This document shows positions 12,001-22,519 of a DNA stretch of 64,000 nt, in pieces. Origin of the DNA: an uncultured Acidobacteriota bacterium (GTDB taxonomy: Bacteria > Acidobacteriota > UBA6911); contig CAVVHG010000014.1 of assembly GCA_963747985.1 (NCBI GenBank), positions 17,149-81,148 on the forward strand. Reading direction: 5' to 3'. The position numbers and the translations under genes were made by a program. Numbering within the stretch: the first letter of the stretch is position 1; every line of letters starts with the position of its first letter. The notes beneath the pieces are model-generated. The model made no database searches. It saw only the letters and a program-made list of their open reading frames with translations, and was not told the DNA's origin.

Positions 12001-14473
12001 CGTTCGCTCTGAAGCGCCGCGGTCCCTTCGGCGAGTTTAGCCTCCATCGCGCGAAGTTCCTCTGCAAGCCTGCCGGCCTGTTCTTCGGCGAGCCGCCGCT
12101 GCTCTTCGGCCGCCTGACGCTGCCGATCCAATCCTGGCGCCCGGCTTCCCACGTGTCGCGTTCGCTCTGAAGCGCTGCGGTCCCTTCGGCGAGTTTAGCC
12201 TCCATCGCGCGAAGTTCCCCGGCAAGCCTGCTGACTTGTTCTTCGGCGAGCCGCCGCTGCTCTTCGGCCGCCTGACGCTGCCGATCCAGATCCTGACGTT
12301 CGGCCTCGATCCGGGAGCGCTCCTCCTCTGCTTCCGCCAGCGCCCCGTTAAGGCGCAGATGCATCTCTTGCTTCTCCGCGTCGAGCGCGTTCCGCTGGGC
12401 GGCCAGCTCCGACTGCTGACGGTCAGACTCCTGGCGAACCGCCTCCCATCGCACATTCTCAGCGTTGAAGCTTTCCCTGAGCGCCCCGTAACGCTCCTCT
12501 GCCGACCGGAGAAGGCCGTTCATGAACGCCACCCGGGCTTCTGTGTTGCTGCGACTCTCCTCGAGCTCCTGACGCACCTTCTGCCACTGCGCCCGCTCGT
12601 CTTCCAGAAGCGACGTGAGTTCGGCCACGCGTTCCCGCGCCGCTGTCAGTTCGTCGCCGACGGCCCTGTGCTGTTCCTCGGCGGCTGCCAGGCTCCGCGC
12701 AAGCTCGTCGCGCGCTGCCTCCGCCTGGGTCTTCTCGGCACGCAACGCAAGCACAAATTCCTCGTGCTTTCCCTCGAGTTCGTGGAGTATCTCCTCCAGG
12801 GTATTCTTCTCGTCACGGGCAGCCTGAGCCTTTTGCTCGACCTCGGCCATGCGGTTCTGCAGCTGGCCTATCTCCGCCTGGTGGCTGTCTGCCAGCTCCG
12901 TGCATCTCGATTTGGCGGCCAGCAGCGCCTCTTCGAGCATGGTCCGGTGTTCGTCGGCGGACTGGAGCTGCTGCTCAAGGTCCTTCAGTGTCGACTCCAA
13001 GCCAGCCCGTTCGGAGGCATGGCGGGCGGCGGCCTCGTCAAGCCGTTCTTCTGCGACCTTGAGAGCATCCTCCGCCGCTTTCGCTTTTTCGGCGGCTTCG
13101 CCCTCCTTCCGCCGGGACTCCTCCAGCGATGATTCCCATCGACCCCGCTCGCCCTCCTGCAGCGCGGCGGCTTCGGCCAGCTTTACCTCCGCCGTTGCAA
13201 GCGCTTCCTCCGCAGCCCTCTTCTGCTCCGCCAGTTCCTGCTTCGCAGCCTCGATCTCCTTCAGATCCTGGCTGAGCCGATCGCAACGCTCCTGCAGCGC
13301 CAGCACCTCCTCGCCCGAAGCGACGTGCGTGACGTCCTGGATTACGGCCAGGGCAACGGTCGTGCCATTCGGGTCGCGCCTCAGGGGCACGGCCCGCATC
13401 TCCAGTTCGCGCGCAAGCCCGTCCAAGCCGGCCCACTTCACGCGGACGCTATCCCTTTCGCCGCCGCAGATCCTGGATACATACGCACGCAACTGCTCAT
13501 CCTGGGGAGGGCCGAGGAGCGTGAACAGATTCTTCCCCACTATGTCATCTACGTGCTTGGCCCCCACGAGAGACAGACCAGCCCAGTTCATGGCCAGGAA
13601 GGTCCCGTCGGAGGCGAGGAGGGCGACACAGGCGGGCACGAACTCGATAATCATACGCAGGCGTTCTTCGCTGGCTCGGAGCGCCATCTTCTCGCGCACC
13701 ATGTCCCGCCGCGCAATCAGGCCATCGAGGGACAGGAGAAATCTCCCGTAGTAATCGCCACTCTTGATGATGCAGTCCGAGGCACCCAGTCGCAGCGCCT
13801 GGATCGCCATCTCCTCCTGGCCGGCTGCAAGAAGGAGTACGACGGGATAGTCGGGCCAACGGGAGATCACGTCCTTCAGGACCTTCAGGACGTGCACGCC
13901 CAGGGCCTGATCCTCGAGGACCACCAGGTCGCAGGCGAGCGAGGTCGGATGAGTCCCTGGCGGGCGATGGACGGTCCCATCCTCGTTGACAAACGCCGCC
14001 TCCAGCTCGACAAAAGGCACCGAGCCCAGATGACGGCGGGCGTTCTCCATGTCGCCGGCGTAGAGCACCCTGATCGTTCTGGCGCGGCGCTGGGCGCGAC
14101 CGCGATAACGCTCGAGGGTCTGCTGGAGAAGCGCAGGCACGCGGCTCACGTAGTTCGGGCGTTTCACTACGTAGTCATCAGCTCCTCCAGCGATGAATTT
14201 TGCCGGAGGATCCTCGTCGTTAGGGCCGATGACCACCACGACAGCCAGGGGCAGATTCTGCTGCCGGATGCGGTTGATCAGGGCCTGGCATTCCCCGTTC
14301 GGAAGCTGGGCATCGATCAGGACAAGGTCGTAGCTTGCCGAGGGATCGAGGCGCGAGACGGCATCGCGGGCATCGGGGGAAATTTCAATCTGGATGTTGG
14401 ATGCAACCTTCTTGACCTCGTGCTCGAGAAAGTCGCCGTCTCTCAGGTCTCCGGTAACGAACAGGACTTTCAT
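9100..14473 (-). CDS. Giant REC-REC-PAS-coiled-coil-PAS-degenerate histidine kinase, frameshifted twice (about 1,791 aa if repaired)
   Basis: ORFs 11879-14473, 10845-12152 and 9100-11994 join into one protein; 1-bp deletions near 12130 and 11972; HisKA H-box reads VAPALNDLL and the ATP-lid boxes are degenerate. Confidence 0.85.
11413..12298. repeat. Intragenic tandem repeat, 159-bp (53-aa) unit, about 5.6 copies
   Basis: Anchor CCGCTGCTCT at 11461, 11620, 11779, 11938, 12096, 12254 (spacing 159,159,159,158,158). Confidence 0.97.
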
Positions 14474-14611
14474 AGGCTTCCTGCCCTGGACGCCCGCAGG
14501 ATACGGGCATCGCCCCAGGGGGGCGACTCCGGCGGAAGTTCAAACCGGGAGCCCGGTCTCGTGGGGCCTCAAGACCCCTGAAGGGCGCCCGGCCTGAGGT
14601 TCACCGGAGAA

Positions 14612-15151
14612 TCACCAGCTGTTGACTCCAAAAATCTGGCACAGATCATGCTCGGTCTCAGTGACCACTGCCGTTACCGTCACAATGCCCGGCGCGTCAC
14701 CTTGATCTGCGGCGCCTGAAACAGGTGCTGTGGGCGGGCCCGACGGCATTTCAGGCTCCTGTCGGGGTACCGCTTCTTTAGCGGCGGAATCCGCCTTGTC
14801 CTCGGAGAACAGGGCGACTTCCTCGTCGAAGGCTACGGCGGACCTGTACCGGACCAGACCCGGCTGCAGGCACGACACGCGAGACCGCAAAACGCGGCCG
14901 TCGATCAGGAGAGTCGTGTCTGTCGTGACCAGCCGGAGGCATACCCTGGTTCCCGGAGGCAAGGGCGTTTCGCTCTCAAGCTGAGCCCCGCCCCGTGAAA
15001 CATCAATGAGGCGTACTTCGGGTCCGGCAAGGAGTTTAACACTTTTCAGGAAAGGAAGTTCAGAGGCAGGCCTGCGAGGGGATGCCCGACGCTCCCTGAC
15101 CACATTTGTCTCAGTCGCGTTTTGCTCGATCCATGCATTACTCTTCATCAT
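14612..15151 (-). CDS. PilZ-domain protein
   Basis: ERRASPRR (RxxxR) and IDVSRGGA (D/NxSxxG) c-di-GMP-binding motifs, followed by a low-complexity tail. Confidence 0.85.
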   Translation of the reverse strand: MMKSNAWIEQNATETNVVRERRASPRRPASELPFLKSVKLLAGPEVRLIDVSRGGAQLESETPLPPGTRVCLRLVTTDTTLLIDGRVLRSRVSCLQPGLVRYRSAVAFDEEVALFSEDKADSAAKEAVPRQEPEMPSGPPTAPVSGAADQGDAPGIVTVTAVVTETEHDLCQIFGVNSW

Positions 15152-15294
15152 AAGCCACACCCTTCGGGCCGCCGGCCTTCGTCAGACTTCACATCGGCAG
15201 ATATCCTGGAAAAGATGAGCGTTGCAGGTTACCCTCAGGGGTAGAATAGCCGGGGATCAGGTTGCACATCTCTGCCGCATCAAGGAGACCCGTC

Positions 15295-15873
15295 ATGGCC
15301 AAGAAGATACTGATGCTCGTCGGCGATTTCGTCGAGGATTACGAAGTCATGGTTCCCTTCCAGGCGCTCAAGATGGTCGGGCACGAGGTGCACGCCATCT
15401 GCCCTGGGAAAAGGAGCGGCGAGACGGTCAAGACCGCCATACACGACTTCGAGGGAGACCAGACCTACAGTGAGAAGCCCGGCCATCGCTTCGCGTTGAA
15501 TGCCGACTTCGAGGGCGTCTGCCTCGAGGACTACGATGCCCTCGTCATCCCGGGCGGGAGGGCACCCGAATACATCAGGCTGAATCCGGTAGTTCTCGAG
15601 ATTGTGCGCCATTTTGCCTGGCAGGGGATGCCGATCGCGGCCATCTGCCACGGAGCACAGTTGCTGGCGGCTGCCGGCGTGCTGGACGGCAAGAGTTGCT
15701 CCGCCTACCCTGCGTGCCGGCCTGATGTCGAACGTGCAGGCGGAAAGTACATGGACATCGCGCTCGACTCCGCTCACGTCGACGGTAACCTTGTCACGGC
15801 ACCCGCGTGGCCCGCACACCCGAACTGGCTGAGGATGTTCCTCGATGTTCTGGGGACGAGGATCAGTCCCTGA
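15295..15873 (+). CDS. pfpI: DJ-1/PfpI family protein (protease/glyoxalase/deglycase)
   Basis: [26 protein letters not shown] nucleophile elbow; AAGGAG RBS. Confidence 0.92.
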   Translation: MAKKILMLVGDFVEDYEVMVPFQALKMVGHEVHAICPGKRSGETVKTAIHDFEGDQTYSEKPGHRFALNADFEGVCLEDYDALVIPGGRAPEYIRLNPVVLEIVRHFAWQGMPIAAICHGAQLLAAAGVLDGKSCSAYPACRPDVERAGGKYMDIALDSAHVDGNLVTAPAWPAHPNWLRMFLDVLGTRISP

Positions 15874-15958
15874 GCGGAGAACGTTTTCCGGACGCCTCGA
15901 GCACTGCGCACACCACCATCCTCTGTCCGCAGGGAGATACGAGGCAAGAGAAGATGTC

Positions 15959-15987
15959 ATGGGCGCCGTGCAATGCACGACGCCCAT
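15959..15987. terminator. GC-rich palindrome between convergent genes (terminator or REP)
   Basis: ATGGGCGCCGTGCA-A-TGCACGACGCCCAT, one mismatch. Confidence 0.5.
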
Positions 15988-16030
15988 CGGCAATCAGGTA
16001 ATTCGGGACCGCCGACCCACGGGGCCGGGG

Positions 16031-16621
16031 TTACTTTGCGCCGGAAAACCGCGCCGAGACTGCTTTCCAGTCGATGGCCTTGAAAAAGGACGCGATATAG
16101 TCGGGACGCTTCAGTCCGTAATCGGTAAGGAAGGCATGTTCGAAGACATCCATGACCAGCAACGGCGTTGCGCCGGACAGGTGCCCCACGTCATGCTCGT
16201 TGATCCAGACATTGAAGAGCCGCTTGCCTGCAGGTTCGTGATAGAGGATGGTCCAGCCGATCCCGCGCATCGCACCGGTCGCTCTGAAATCCTTCTCCCA
16301 GTTCTCCATTGAACCGAATTCCTGCTCAATCTTCGCGTGGAGCGCAGCGGACTTATCGAGCGCTGCACCGCCCTTCACCATATTCCCGAAATAGTACTCG
16401 TGCAGCCGCATCCCGTTGAATTCCCAACCGAATCTGCGGCTCAGTTCGGCGTATTCGGGGGTGGCGGCCTTGCCCTCCTTCAGCAGGGCATCCAGGGTTT
16501 CTGTGAGCTTGTTCGTATTGGTAACGTAACCCTTGTACAGGGTAAAGTGGTTGTTGAGAAGGGTGTCGCTGAATCCTGCCGTACCGAGCAGGTGCTCGAA
16601 ATTCATCGGATCATAGGCCAT
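16031..16621 (-). CDS. sod: Fe/Mn superoxide dismutase (short, ChrC-like clade)
   Basis: NHFTLYKGYV, NGMRLHEYYF and MDVFEHA metal-ligand motifs. Confidence 0.9.
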   Translation of the reverse strand: MAYDPMNFEHLLGTAGFSDTLLNNHFTLYKGYVTNTNKLTETLDALLKEGKAATPEYAELSRRFGWEFNGMRLHEYYFGNMVKGGAALDKSAALHAKIEQEFGSMENWEKDFRATGAMRGIGWTILYHEPAGKRLFNVWINEHDVGHLSGATPLLVMDVFEHAFLTDYGLKRPDYIASFFKAIDWKAVSARFSGAK

Positions 16622-16713
16622 ATTGTTCTCCTCTCCTTGCTGCGAATGGTTTCACAGTTTTCTTACGGTGTCCATGCCCTGCCGCTCCTTGCCTTCGGGA
16701 TCAGCAAGACTGC

Positions 16714-18171
<1,458 letters not shown>

Positions 18172-18306
18172 TTACCACGAGTGATCCCGAGTCGTAAAAG
18201 CATCGATTCCATGTCTTGTTGAGAACTGACGGGAATCGAGTTATTCTCCGGAACCAGGATGTCGATTTGGGTTCGAGCTCACCTTTCGACCATGGGGACC
18301 TGACGG

Positions 18307-19050
18307 ATGGCCACCAATCGCAAAACGAAGCCGCAACAGAAACCGATTCGAAGGCCCGGCGCGAGGACTCTCGCCATCGACATAGGCGGGAGCGGAATCA
18401 AGGCTATGGTGCTCAACCACAAGGGCGCCCCCGTTACCAGGCGACTCCGCCACCCCACCCCACGAACCCCACGACCCCGAACCGTTGTCGATGCCATCTG
18501 CAGCATGATTCCGGCGCGGATCAAGTTCGATCGGGTCTCGGTCGGGTTTCCCGGCGTGGTGACCAGGGGAGTGGTCTACACCGCCGTGAACCTGCATCCC
18601 GACTGGGTCGGATTCGATCTGGCGCGCACCCTTCAGCGGAGGCTCGGGAAGCCGGTCAGGGTGGCGAACGACGCCGACATTCAGGGCTATGGCGTTATCG
18701 AGGGTGTGGGAGTGGAACTGGTTTTGACCCTCGGCACCGGTCTGGGTTCGGCCCTCTTTGTCGATGGCTGCCTCGTGCCTAACCTGGAGTTGGCCCATCA
18801 CCCGTTCCGCAAACGACAGACCTACGAGGAACAGGTCGGCCGTGCCGCTCTCGACGTGGTAGGCAAGAAGAGATGGAATCGCCGGGTTTTGCAGATGCTG
18901 GATCTGCTGGGGCGGATCATCAATTACCGCAAAGCGTACCTTGGGGGAGGCAACGCCAAAAAACTCGAGGGGCCTTTGCCCAAGAATGTCCGGGTCGTGA
19001 GCAACGAGGCCGGACTTCTCGGCGGCATCGCACTCTGGCATAAACACTGA
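18307..19050 (+). CDS. ppgK: ROK-family polyphosphate glucokinase
   Basis: AIDIGGSGIK, VGFPGVV, ANDAD, TLGTGLGSALF, PNLELAH, AGLLGG. Confidence 0.85.
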   Translation: MATNRKTKPQQKPIRRPGARTLAIDIGGSGIKAMVLNHKGAPVTRRLRHPTPRTPRPRTVVDAICSMIPARIKFDRVSVGFPGVVTRGVVYTAVNLHPDWVGFDLARTLQRRLGKPVRVANDADIQGYGVIEGVGVELVLTLGTGLGSALFVDGCLVPNLELAHHPFRKRQTYEEQVGRAALDVVGKKRWNRRVLQMLDLLGRIINYRKAYLGGGNAKKLEGPLPKNVRVVSNEAGLLGGIALWHKH

Positions 19051-19111
19051 GCGAGGCGGTGACCGCTAGAGTGCCATCCATGTGCACCACTATTCTCTCG
19101 CGGAGGGTAGG

Positions 19112-20473
19112 ATGACTATTCCCCGGGCAACTGCAATCGCGATCCTCACGGTATGCCTGTCGGCCGCCTCACGGCTCTTTCCCGCGCCTCCCGAGCCGCA
19201 ACCATTGCCGCCGCTTCGCGACCAGGCTTCGATACAACAACAATGGCTCAAAATCCGCCTGGAGCGGGTTCTTCCTCAACTCATGAGGAAGCACGGCGTC
19301 TCCATGTGGCTGGTTATCTCTCGCGAGTACAATGAGGACCCCGCCTTCTTCTCACTGGTCTCACCCACCGTGTTGGCCGCGCGGCGGCGCACAATCCTCG
19401 TGTTCTTTGACCGAGGCGCCGACAAGGGGGTGGAGCGACTGAGCCTGGGCGGAGGGTCCAACGACGGGCTGTACCAGGTCCTGCGCGATCCCTCCGCGGA
19501 AGCCCGCGAATTGTGGGGTGAAGGCCAGTGGACCCTGCTCCGCAAGGTAATCGAACAGCGCAATCCCCGTAACATCGCGGTGGATATCTCGCAAACCCAT
19601 GCGTTTTCCGACGGACTCTCCGCAGGCGAATGGGAAAAGCTGCAGCAGGTGCTCGGCCCTGAATACAGCGGTCGGATCATCCGGCCCGAATTGCTGCCGC
19701 TCGAATATATCTCGGTTCGAATTCCCGAGATGCTGCCCTATTACCGGCAGTTGATGGAAACCGCTCACTGGCTCATCGGCCGCGCCTTCTCCAACGAAGT
19801 GATACAGCCCGGCAAGACTACCAGTCAGGACGTCGTGTGGTGGTTGCGGCAAGAACTGAGCAGTATGGGGCTGACAACCTGGTTTCAGCCCTCCGTCCGG
19901 GTTCAGCGCATGGGAGCAGGAGTCAATCCAACGCCCGGTGACGATTCAGCCGACGTCATCCGCCGCGGCGATGTGCTTCACGTGGATTTCGGGACCAAGG
20001 CGATGGGGCTTGCCACAGACACACAGCACATGGCGTATGTCCTGCGCGAAGGCGAGGAGGACGTCCCTGCCGGAATCAAGGCGGCGCTTGCGACTGCAAA
20101 CCGCCTGCAGGACATCATCATCAAGCGGATCAAGCCGGGACGCACGGGCAACGAGATCCTTGCCGACGCTCTCAGGGCAATGCGTTCGGAGAATATCAAC
20201 GGATCGGTCTACTCCCACCCCATCGGGGATCACGGGCATGGGGCGGGCCCGCTGATCGGGCTGTGGGATCGGCAGGAGGGCGTTCCCGACCGCGGCGATG
20301 TTCCGGTCATCCCGGACACCTGGTTTTCGATCGAGCTGAGCATCCGCGCCCCGGTACCGGAGTGGGGCGGCCAGGATCTCTTCATCGGTGCGGAGGAGGA
20401 TATGACCGTCGACGCGGAGGGGAAGCCTTCCTGGGTGCTGCCAAGGCAGACCTTGTATCACCTGATCCGATAA
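19112..20473 (+). CDS. Exported M24 (Xaa-Pro aminopeptidase-like) metallopeptidase
   Basis: Signal peptide; HVDFG, TDTQH, YSHPIGDHGHGAG, SIEL and EED metal ligands; start chosen from GGAGG RBS. Confidence 0.88.
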   Translation: MTIPRATAIAILTVCLSAASRLFPAPPEPQPLPPLRDQASIQQQWLKIRLERVLPQLMRKHGVSMWLVISREYNEDPAFFSLVSPTVLAARRRTILVFFDRGADKGVERLSLGGGSNDGLYQVLRDPSAEARELWGEGQWTLLRKVIEQRNPRNIAVDISQTHAFSDGLSAGEWEKLQQVLGPEYSGRIIRPELLPLEYISVRIPEMLPYYRQLMETAHWLIGRAFSNEVIQPGKTTSQDVVWWLRQELSSMGLTTWFQPSVRVQRMGAGVNPTPGDDSADVIRRGDVLHVDFGTKAMGLATDTQHMAYVLREGEEDVPAGIKAALATANRLQDIIIKRIKPGRTGNEILADALRAMRSENINGSVYSHPIGDHGHGAGPLIGLWDRQEGVPDRGDVPVIPDTWFSIELSIRAPVPEWGGQDLFIGAEEDMTVDAEGKPSWVLPRQTLYHLIR

Positions 20474-20550
20474 GCCGCGAGGGTCTCCGCCTCGATCGCT
20501 TCGATCTGCCGCCAGAGGCATTGAGGTTCACATCTCCCGAAGGGTAGACA

Positions 20551-22518
20551 ATGAGCGATGCTCCCAATGTCCATGTGATTCGTTGCGGGCGTGTAGACGC
20601 TCCGCCCCAGAGCATTGAGCTGCGGGCCGGACCGCTCGCGATGCTGTTTGACCCGGAGACGACGAACCTGCGCAGGATAAGGTTCGGCAAGCTGGAAGTC
20701 CTTCGCAACATTTACGTCGCCGTCAGGGACCGCAACTGGAGAACGGTGCCCCCGAAAATCTCCGGCATGAATGTGAACCGATCCGAAGACAGCTTCGACC
20801 TCGAGTTCGACGTTGAGTGCCGCGAGCGTGAGATTGGATTCTCCTGGCACGGCCGGATTGAGGGTGACCGGGACGGGGCCGTAACCTTCACGATGGACGG
20901 AGAGGCGCTCACGGATTTTCTGCGCAACCGGATCGGATTCTGCGTGCTCCATCCCATTCGCGAGTGCGCCGGCAGGCCCTGTTCGGTCGAGAAGGTCGAC
21001 GGATCCAGGGAAGAGGGCGTCTTCCCGGACCGGATTGCGCCACACCAGCCGTTCAAGAGCATTCGAGCCATCTCGCACGAGATCTCCCACGGGCTGCTGG
21101 CGGAGGTGAGGATGGAGGGCGACACCTTCGAGATGGAGGACCAGCGCAACTGGTCCGACGCTTCGTACAAGACCTATTGCACGCCGCTCGGCCTCCCGAT
21201 GCCTGTCAAGGTTGCCGCAGGCACGAAGATCCGGCAATCCGTGAGGTTGAGCCTCGTGGGTATCCCCCCTGATGATCATAGGGTCGAGCCTGCACCTTCG
21301 CCGGTAGTACGGATCGCAGTCAAAGATCAGCCGCCGGTGAAGCTGCCCGCGCTCGGCCTGGCAGTGGCGATAGATCAGGGGGTGCCCGGAGACACTGAGA
21401 TCCGGCGGCTGCGGGCTCTCAACCTGGCGCATCTGCGGGTAGACCTTCACCCGTTCGACCCGGATTGCGCTGACCATTTCCAGGACGGGCACGCGCTGGC
21501 CGGCCGCCTTGGCATCCCGCTCGAAGCCGCCCTCCACCTGTCGGACCGGGCAGACGCTGAGCTGGCGGCCGTGGCTTCCGAGTGCAGGCGCCTCAAGGTG
21601 ACGGTTGCGCGCTGGCTCATCTTCCATCGCAAGGAAGGCTCGACGTCGCGGCCCTGGGTAGAACTCGCCCGTCGCAGGCTCGGTTCCGTGTGTCCCGGAG
21701 CCCAGCTCGGCGCGGGGACTGACGGCTATTTCGCCGAGGTAAACCGCGTCCGCCCGCCGGCCGCGGTCCTGGACGTCGTGTGCTACTCGATCGTCCCGCA
21801 AGTCCACGCCACCGACAATGCCACCTTGGTGGAGAACCTCGTCCCGCAATCATGGATCGTGGGCAACGCGAGGGAATTTGCCGGCCGGCCCATTGCCGTA
21901 ACCCCTGTCACCCTGAAATCCCGCAAGTACTCGAGCGGATTGGACCAGGCGTCTTTTCTGGCGGCCGGGCGCCTGCCGGACGGAGTGGACCCGCGCCAGC
22001 TGTCACTCTTTGGTGCCGGGTGGACGCTGGGCAGTCTCAAGTACCACTCCGAGAGCGGCGCCTCCAGCCTGACCTACTACGAGACGATCGGCTGGCGTGG
22101 GGTCATGGAAACCGGGCGAGGGTCGACCCTGCCCGAAGCTTTCATGTCGATCCCGGGGGCCGTGTTTCCGCTGTATCACGTGCTGGCTGATTTCGGTGAT
22201 TTCGCCGACGGGGAAGCGTTGCCATCCCTGTCAAGCGAGCCGGAACGAGTAGAGTCGCTGGTGCTGGCCAAGGGGGGAAAGACCCGGGTGACGGCAGCCA
22301 ATCTCGGGCCGAAATCGCAGACCATCCAGCTGGCAGTGCCGGGACTCCAAGGCGAGGCCACGGTGCGGTATCTGGACGAGCGCAATGCCCTCGAAGCCAT
22401 GAGAAACCCTGAAGCGTTCAGATCGAGTCCCGGCGCCCGCCTGCCCGTCGAGCACGGAGTCGTCGAACTCGAGCTTCTGCCCTACGGCCTGGTCCGGATC
22501 GACTCAGAAGGAAAATGA
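20551..22518 (+). CDS. Conserved protein resembling the D-apionate lactonase (ApnL) family
   Basis: VRDRNW, RNRIGFCVLHP and FEMEDQRNWSDASYKTY motifs recalled from ApnL-like proteins; not verified by search. Confidence 0.55.
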   Translation: MSDAPNVHVIRCGRVDAPPQSIELRAGPLAMLFDPETTNLRRIRFGKLEVLRNIYVAVRDRNWRTVPPKISGMNVNRSEDSFDLEFDVECREREIGFSWHGRIEGDRDGAVTFTMDGEALTDFLRNRIGFCVLHPIRECAGRPCSVEKVDGSREEGVFPDRIAPHQPFKSIRAISHEISHGLLAEVRMEGDTFEMEDQRNWSDASYKTYCTPLGLPMPVKVAAGTKIRQSVRLSLVGIPPDDHRVEPAPSPVVRIAVKDQPPVKLPALGLAVAIDQGVPGDTEIRRLRALNLAHLRVDLHPFDPDCADHFQDGHALAGRLGIPLEAALHLSDRADAELAAVASECRRLKVTVARWLIFHRKEGSTSRPWVELARRRLGSVCPGAQLGAGTDGYFAEVNRVRPPAAVLDVVCYSIVPQVHATDNATLVENLVPQSWIVGNAREFAGRPIAVTPVTLKSRKYSSGLDQASFLAAGRLPDGVDPRQLSLFGAGWTLGSLKYHSESGASSLTYYETIGWRGVMETGRGSTLPEAFMSIPGAVFPLYHVLADFGDFADGEALPSLSSEPERVESLVLAKGGKTRVTAANLGPKSQTIQLAVPGLQGEATVRYLDERNALEAMRNPEAFRSSPGARLPVEHGVVELELLPYGLVRIDSEGK

Positions 22519-22519
22519 G

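Noticed and set aside
11413-12298. CRISPR array
   Set aside because: Units are 159 bp, contiguous, have no unique spacers and encode in-frame coiled coil; no cas genes.
10675-14581. Long plus-strand ORFs (10675-12012, 12236-13132, 12849-13751, 13325-14581) and similar antisense ORFs over pgi, glgP, tpl and URO-D
   Set aside because: Shadow ORFs of GC-rich coding sequence on the opposite strand, with no recognisable domains.
14474-14611. c-di-GMP riboswitch between the PilZ gene and the giant gene
   Set aside because: No GEMM-I (GGCAAACC...GCAAAGC) or class II consensus; only generic GC-rich pairing.
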